A stretch of 19,243 nucleotides of DNA from a bacterium (GTDB lineage Bacteria; Hydrothermota; 32-111), in assembly GCA_050239825.1 (NCBI GenBank), contig JBFXGO010000011.1, forward strand, positions 32,277 through 51,519. The letters run 5' to 3'. This document shows, piece by piece, positions 15,076 through 19,243 of this stretch. Each line of letters opens with the position of its first letter. Within the stretch, counting starts at the first letter, position 1. Under the pieces are notes generated by a model. The model saw nothing but the letters and a program-made list of their open reading frames with translations. It ran no database searches and had not been told where the DNA came from. Both the position numbers and the translations under genes were made by a program.

Positions 15076-15799
15076 TGCTGTGAAATTGAAAAAGTATCTT
15101 GAGTTTGAAAATTATGCGCTTCTGGATTCAGTGGATTCGACCAATGATTATGTTTCTGCCCGTATAGCGGAAGGCAAGAACAGTCTTCTTGCTGTGGCGG
15201 ATTCACAATCAAACGGAAAGGGTAGATTTTCCCGCAAATGGATTTCGGAAAAGGGCGGACTTTACTTCTCATTCACGCGTGATTTGTCTTCTATCGGTTA
15301 TCCCCTTCAGTTGTATCCTATAGCGTGCTCGATTGGCGTGTTGAAATATCTCGAATCTCTTTCAATTCCACTGTTGAGATACAAATGGCCGAACGATATT
15401 CTTGTCAAAGATAGAAAGATATCGGGAATACTGTGCGAACTTACAGATAAAGCAGTGATTGCAGGAATAGGAGTCAATATAAACATCAAGAATATTCCGA
15501 ATGAACTGTCATATATTGCAACTTCTGTTTATTTCATAAAGAGAAGAGAATATTCGCTGACCGATGCAGTTGTGTCAATAGTAAAAGGCATTGGATCCGT
15601 TGAGAATGCGGAGCAAATACTGAACTTTCTCGATAACTCGGGCATGAAAGGCAGAAGGATTGTTTTTCAGGCTCAGGAGAATCAGGTTGAAGGTATTGTA
15701 CACGGGTTTAAGGAGAACGGAGAGATAATTTTAAAGACAGATAAAGGTCATGAGAGCTTTATTGCAGGAGATGTATCTTTCGTGAGGGATGCGGTATGA
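15068..15799 (+). CDS. birA: Biotin--[acetyl-CoA-carboxylase] ligase (no N-terminal HTH)
   Basis: DSTND, QSNGKGRFSRKW, KWPNDI, KISGILCE, GIGVN. Confidence 0.93.
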   Translation: MLDAVKLKKYLEFENYALLDSVDSTNDYVSARIAEGKNSLLAVADSQSNGKGRFSRKWISEKGGLYFSFTRDLSSIGYPLQLYPIACSIGVLKYLESLSIPLLRYKWPNDILVKDRKISGILCELTDKAVIAGIGVNINIKNIPNELSYIATSVYFIKRREYSLTDAVVSIVKGIGSVENAEQILNFLDNSGMKGRRIVFQAQENQVEGIVHGFKENGEIILKTDKGHESFIAGDVSFVRDAV

Positions 15800-16839
15800 G
15801 AAGAATTGCAATCATAGGACATATGCATGTCAATCCCGATAACAGAGAACTCTTTGAGCTTTTAATGGAGACTGACGAGGTAAAATTCCTTTATCCCAAA
15901 GAGTGGACTGGGTCCTTCGGCGAAAAGTACAATGACCCGGAAGGTTTTGACGCAGTAAAGATTCCCTTTCTTAAAAACAGCTACATACCTTTTTTCAAAT
16001 CCAATGAAAAATATGATATTTTATGGATTGATGAGGAACCATACTATCCGCAAACTTATTTTATAATGAAACATTTTGCCGATACTCCCGTAAAGATAGT
16101 GCGCACAGCTCAAAATCTGATAAAGAAGTCTTTTTTCAGGAACCGATTGAACAATTTTGTCAATTCAAAAGCAAACGAAATTGTCGCAGTGGGCCGCTCT
16201 TCTGCTGAGACTGTAAAAAAAATATACAACAGAGAATCGGCGCATATAATCCCTCTCTGTGTGCCTGACAGATTTTTCGATGCATATAAAAATCGAACGG
16301 ATTCTGAGAATTTGATAAGGATAGGAATTGCATCGAGAATTGAAGAATGCAAGGGAACCCGGTGGCTCTTGAAGGCCCTTGAACAGATTGAAAAACCATA
16401 TAAATTGCTTATCTGCGGCGAGGGAAAGGATAAAAATAATTTTATAAGAAGTCTTGATGCGAAGAAGATAAATTTCGAATACAGGGGACTCATACCGCAC
16501 ATGGAGATGGATGCGTTTTTTAGGGAAATTGATATTTTTTTAAATCTTTCCGTATCCAATAAAAACTGGACAGAACAGCAGGGAAGGAGTCTACTTGAAG
16601 CAATGGCATCGGGATGTGCCGTTATAAGCTCCGATGCAGGAGAGCTCTTGTTCACTCTCGATGACGAAGGCGCGCTTGTAAAAGAGAATGACGAAAGAGA
16701 ACTGTCCGAAAAACTCAATCAATTGCTTTCCGATAGGGTCTTGATAGCATCATTGGCTGAGAAACAGAGAAAACGGGCTTTTTCATACTCAAAAACAGAA
16801 ATCTTTAAAAAACTCATTGAGGTGTTGAAAGCGCAATGA
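15796..16839 (+). CDS. Glycosyltransferase family 4 (GT-B)
   Basis: SRIEECKG and the WTEQQGRSLLEAMASG ExxxxxxxE motif. Confidence 0.9.
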   Translation: MRRIAIIGHMHVNPDNRELFELLMETDEVKFLYPKEWTGSFGEKYNDPEGFDAVKIPFLKNSYIPFFKSNEKYDILWIDEEPYYPQTYFIMKHFADTPVKIVRTAQNLIKKSFFRNRLNNFVNSKANEIVAVGRSSAETVKKIYNRESAHIIPLCVPDRFFDAYKNRTDSENLIRIGIASRIEECKGTRWLLKALEQIEKPYKLLICGEGKDKNNFIRSLDAKKINFEYRGLIPHMEMDAFFREIDIFLNLSVSNKNWTEQQGRSLLEAMASGCAVISSDAGELLFTLDDEGALVKENDERELSEKLNQLLSDRVLIASLAEKQRKRAFSYSKTEIFKKLIEVLKAQ

Positions 16840-17234
16840 ATATTCTCTCTTTAGATATTGGCATGAAAAAAACGGGCATTTGCCTATACCTTGAAAACAT
16901 TCTCCTTCCGCAGAAAAGTGTAGAGACAATCGCTCTCGATATTTCTTTGAAAAACATGCTCAGTGAAAATAAATATGATCTTCTGATTATAGGAATTCCT
17001 CTGAACAAGGACAGAGAAGAGACACAGATGTCGGCAAAAATAAGAGAGATTGCAGGCAATCTAAAATCCATATCAGATGTCAAAGTTGAATTTTTCAATG
17101 AGTATCTGACAACCAAAGAGGCTGAGAGGATAGCGAAGGAGAGTCTCAGCCGTGATAGGCGGAAGGAAGCAGTTGATTCTCTTTCTGCAATGGTGATCCT
17201 TGAGGAGTATTTGAGAAATGAAGAAAAAAAATAA
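16836..17234 (+). CDS. ruvX: Holliday junction resolvase-like protein RuvX/YqgF
   Basis: LSLDIGMKKTG, IGIP, NEYLTT, VDSLSAMVILE. Confidence 0.92.
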   Translation: MNILSLDIGMKKTGICLYLENILLPQKSVETIALDISLKNMLSENKYDLLIIGIPLNKDREETQMSAKIREIAGNLKSISDVKVEFFNEYLTTKEAERIAKESLSRDRRKEAVDSLSAMVILEEYLRNEEKK

Positions 17235-18201
17235 TTCTCTGGCATGGTTTGTAGCAATTCTCTTTTTTGTTTTTGTCCTTGTGTTCATAGACCAACGTAT
17301 AACAGGAGTCTTCATTAAATCCACCGAAGAAAGAGTTGTGATAAACATCAGAAAAGGGGAGAATCTCACCGGCATTGCCTCTATGCTTGCCGATAGCGGT
17401 GTAATAGAAAGCAAGGAGGTCTTCAAATTTTTTGCCAAAATAACGAATTCTGAAAACAAAATGCAGGCAGGAAGGTATGAACTCTTTAAAAATACCAATG
17501 AATTTCAAGCTCTCGATAAAATTCGCAGAGGAAAGGTGAAGTTGAAACCGATAATGATTCCGGAGGGGTTAACATACAAACAGATAGCATCAAGAATAAA
17601 GCAATCTGCCCATATAGATTCGGTTCTTTTTGTGAAGTTATGCGAGGACAGGGATATTTTGAAAAAGAACAAAATACCCTCTAAAAATGTCGAAGGATTC
17701 CTCTTTCCGGAGACATACTATATTTCAGATGAAACTGATGAAAGAGAGATTGTTGAATTGATGCTTGATAATTTTACAAAGAATTTTCCGGACTCTCTCT
17801 TTGTTGAAAATGAATTCGGTTTTGGCAAATTTGAATATGTAATTTTGGCTTCAATAATCGAGAAGGAGGCAAAACTCGAAGAAGAAAAACCTCTCATAGC
17901 AAGCGTTTACTACAACCGTCTTAAAAAAGGAATGCTGCTTCAGTGCTGCGCCACTGTCTTTTATGCTCTAAATAAAGTTGGCGGGAAATTGACATACAAT
18001 GACCTTGAGTTTTCTTCGCCATATAATACATATAAAAATCAGGGTCTTCCCCCGACTCCGATTTGCTCTCCCTCAGTCTCATCTGTAATGGCGGTATTGA
18101 AGCCGTCGAAGACCAAATACCTGTTCTATGTCTCTAATGGAGACGGTACACACACTTTCACAACAAACTACAAAGATCACCTTAAAGCTCAAAGGGAGTG
18201 A
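17218..18201 (+). CDS. mltG: Endolytic transglycosylase MltG (YceG)
   Basis: N-terminal TM helix, IPEG, EGFLFPETY, LASIIEKEA, SPYNTY..GLPPTPI. Confidence 0.95.
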   Translation: MKKKNNSLAWFVAILFFVFVLVFIDQRITGVFIKSTEERVVINIRKGENLTGIASMLADSGVIESKEVFKFFAKITNSENKMQAGRYELFKNTNEFQALDKIRRGKVKLKPIMIPEGLTYKQIASRIKQSAHIDSVLFVKLCEDRDILKKNKIPSKNVEGFLFPETYYISDETDEREIVELMLDNFTKNFPDSLFVENEFGFGKFEYVILASIIEKEAKLEEEKPLIASVYYNRLKKGMLLQCCATVFYALNKVGGKLTYNDLEFSSPYNTYKNQGLPPTPICSPSVSSVMAVLKPSKTKYLFYVSNGDGTHTFTTNYKDHLKAQRE

Positions 18202-18217
18202 GATTCTGTGGCTTTTG

Positions 18218-18350
18218 GCGGGCATAGCGTCGGCTCGCACACTCCGCTTCGCCGCTTTATCAAGATGGGAAAGCGTAGCAAGGGGACAACCACTTGATGG
18301 GCGTCTTCGCGGAGCGTCCTCGCCGACTTGAAGCTTTCACTTTCAATAAG
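18218..18350. repeat. Long imperfect hairpin element A, copy 1
   Basis: GCGGGCATAGCGTCGGCTCGCACACTCCGCTTCGCCGCTTTATC-[variable]-GATGGGCGTCTTCGCGGAGCGTCCTCGCCGACTT. Stems GTCGGC/GCCGAC, CTCCGC/GCGGAG, CGCC/GGCG, ATCAAG/CTTGAT. Confidence 0.92.
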
Positions 18351-18456
18351 AATTGACTTGCTTGTCCTCGGAAAAACATTGAATAGCAGTGCGGAGATGC
18401 ACTGGAATTTTTCCTCAGAATTGAAAAGACAAGTCATTTACTCAGCTCTCCGTATT
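18351..18456. repeat. Palindromic element B, copy 1
   Basis: Stems TGACTTG/CAAGTCA, GGAAAAA/TTTTTCC, CAGTGC/GCACTG. Near-identical to 19008-19113. Confidence 0.9.
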
Positions 18457-18497
18457 TTGCTAAAGGCACACGGCTCACGGCTCAGGGCTGATTTAGT

Positions 18498-18654
18498 GGC
18501 TACACGCGGGCATAGCGTCGGCTCGCACACTCCGCTTCGCCGCTTTATCAAGCTGGGGTGTTGTGGGGACACACCGTAGGAATGTCCCCAAACCACTTGA
18601 TGGGCGTCTGCGCGGAGCGTCCTCGCCGACTTGTAGCTTTCGTGTTTCAATAAG
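18498..18654. repeat. Element A, copy 2, with nested REP-like palindrome C (18564-18590)
   Basis: Same arms as copy 1. The loop contains TGGGGACA-CACCGTAGGAA-TGTCCCCA. Confidence 0.92.
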
Positions 18655-18674
18655 TTAATTAATTGCTTGTTGCA

Positions 18675-18703
18675 GTGGGGACACACCGAAGGAATGTCCC
18701 CAC
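18675..18703. repeat. REP-like palindrome C, free copy
   Basis: GTGGGGACA-CACCGAAGGAA-TGTCCCCAC; one loop mismatch against 18564-18590. Confidence 0.85.
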
Positions 18704-18804
18704 ATTGGCGCGGGTGTAATGTGCGTGAACGCACATGATAGAGGTATCGGGTTGTACCAGAAGTTTTAGAAGATTACTGAAAAGTCAAAATCTTACTCAG
18801 ATGT

Positions 18805-18854
18805 GTCACCCTGAACGCCTCTGTGGTTATGACTATCGTGAAGGGTCTATCAGT
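18805..18854. repeat. REP-like element GTCACCCTGAAC-N21-GTGAAGGGTCTATCAGT
   Basis: Same frame as 2401-2450, with a compensatory stem change (ACCC/GGGT vs ATGC/GCAT). Confidence 0.6.
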
Positions 18855-18888
18855 TTATTGTTAATTGATAATTGAAAATCGATTGAGG

Positions 18889-19113
18889 GGCTACACGCGG
18901 GCATAGCGTCGGCTCACACACTCCGCTTCGCCGCTTTATCTCGGCAGACCTCGATGGGCGTCTTCGCGGAGCGTCCTCGCCGACTTTGAGCTTACACTTT
19001 CAGTAAGAATTGACTTGCTTGTCCTCGGAAAAACATTGAATAGCAGTGCGGAGATGCACTGGAATTTTTCCTCGGAATTGAAAAGTCAAGTCATTTACTC
19101 AACTCTCCGTATT
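18889..19113. repeat. Element A copy 3 plus element B copy 2
   Basis: A arms with a short loop (TCGGCAGACCTC), followed by B at 19008-19113. Confidence 0.92.
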
Positions 19114-19145
19114 GTATTTTGACTTTTGCACTCTTTTGCCTTCTA

Positions 19146-19174
19146 TTGACATATATAATAAAATATAATAAAAT
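19146..19174 (+). promoter_or_regulatory. Sigma70 promoter of the tRNA gene
   Basis: TTGACA(19146-19151)-N17-TAAAAT(19169-19174). Confidence 0.75.
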
Positions 19175-19188
19175 ACAAGATTAAATCC

Positions 19189-19243
19189 GCGAAAGTGGCG
19201 GAATTGGCAGACGCGCTGGACTTAGGATCCAGTAGGTAACTCT
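19189..19243 (+). tRNA. tRNA-Leu (anticodon TAG), truncated by window end
   Basis: GCGAAAGTGGCGGAATTGGCAGACGCG D-arm and anticodon arm CTGGA-CT-TAG-GA-TCCAG. Confidence 0.93.

Noticed and set aside
8335..17508. Numerous minus-strand ORFs within the rib-mltG operon (e.g. 10613-11158, 16110-16718)
   Set aside because: Fully antisense to well-supported genes, with no motifs.
18128..18734. Track ORFs 18128-18331, 18189-18437, 18328-18579 and 18438-18734
   Set aside because: They are translations of GC-rich palindromic repeats, with no SD or recognisable protein motifs.
2401..18854. TIGR-type or IS110 bridge-RNA array from the 9-nt/GTT/9-nt loops
   Set aside because: Only two dispersed full copies, not tandem, and no Nop-domain or IS110 gene in the window; kept only as a REP-like observation.
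18208..19113. CRISPR array
   Set aside because: Repeat units exceed 80 bp, spacing is irregular, intervening sequences are themselves repeated, and there are no cas genes.

Overview
Bacterial window with three zones. (1) 1-7924 is an accessory zone with every gene on the minus strand. It holds the 5' end of a flavin-reductase-like gene, a decayed IS3-family remnant and a RelE/ParE type II TA pair. It also holds an unannotated truncated Abi_2 (AbiD/AbiF-like) gene preceded by its own promoter and a structured ~55-nt RNA hairpin with a U-tract, and a conserved hypothetical gene flanked by ~140-bp promoter-carrying direct repeats. Two ~1.13-kb diverged copies of an AT-rich secreted-protein gene bracket an AbiE-like type IV TA pair; one copy has an archaeal-style BRE/TATA leaderless promoter and the other is fused to a small CxxC ORF. 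A SAM methyltransferase closes the zone. (2) 8009-18201 is an FMN riboswitch followed by a tightly coupled 13-gene plus-strand operon: ribD, ribE, ribBA, ribH, nusB, metallophosphoesterase, Rmd/Gmd-like SDR, LpxH-like, nadC, birA, GT4, ruvX, mltG. (3) 18208-19113 is a non-coding cluster of nested, repeated palindromic elements, followed by a promoter and a tRNA-Leu(TAG) cut by the window end. All calls come from reading the sequence and recognising motifs; no database searches were run.
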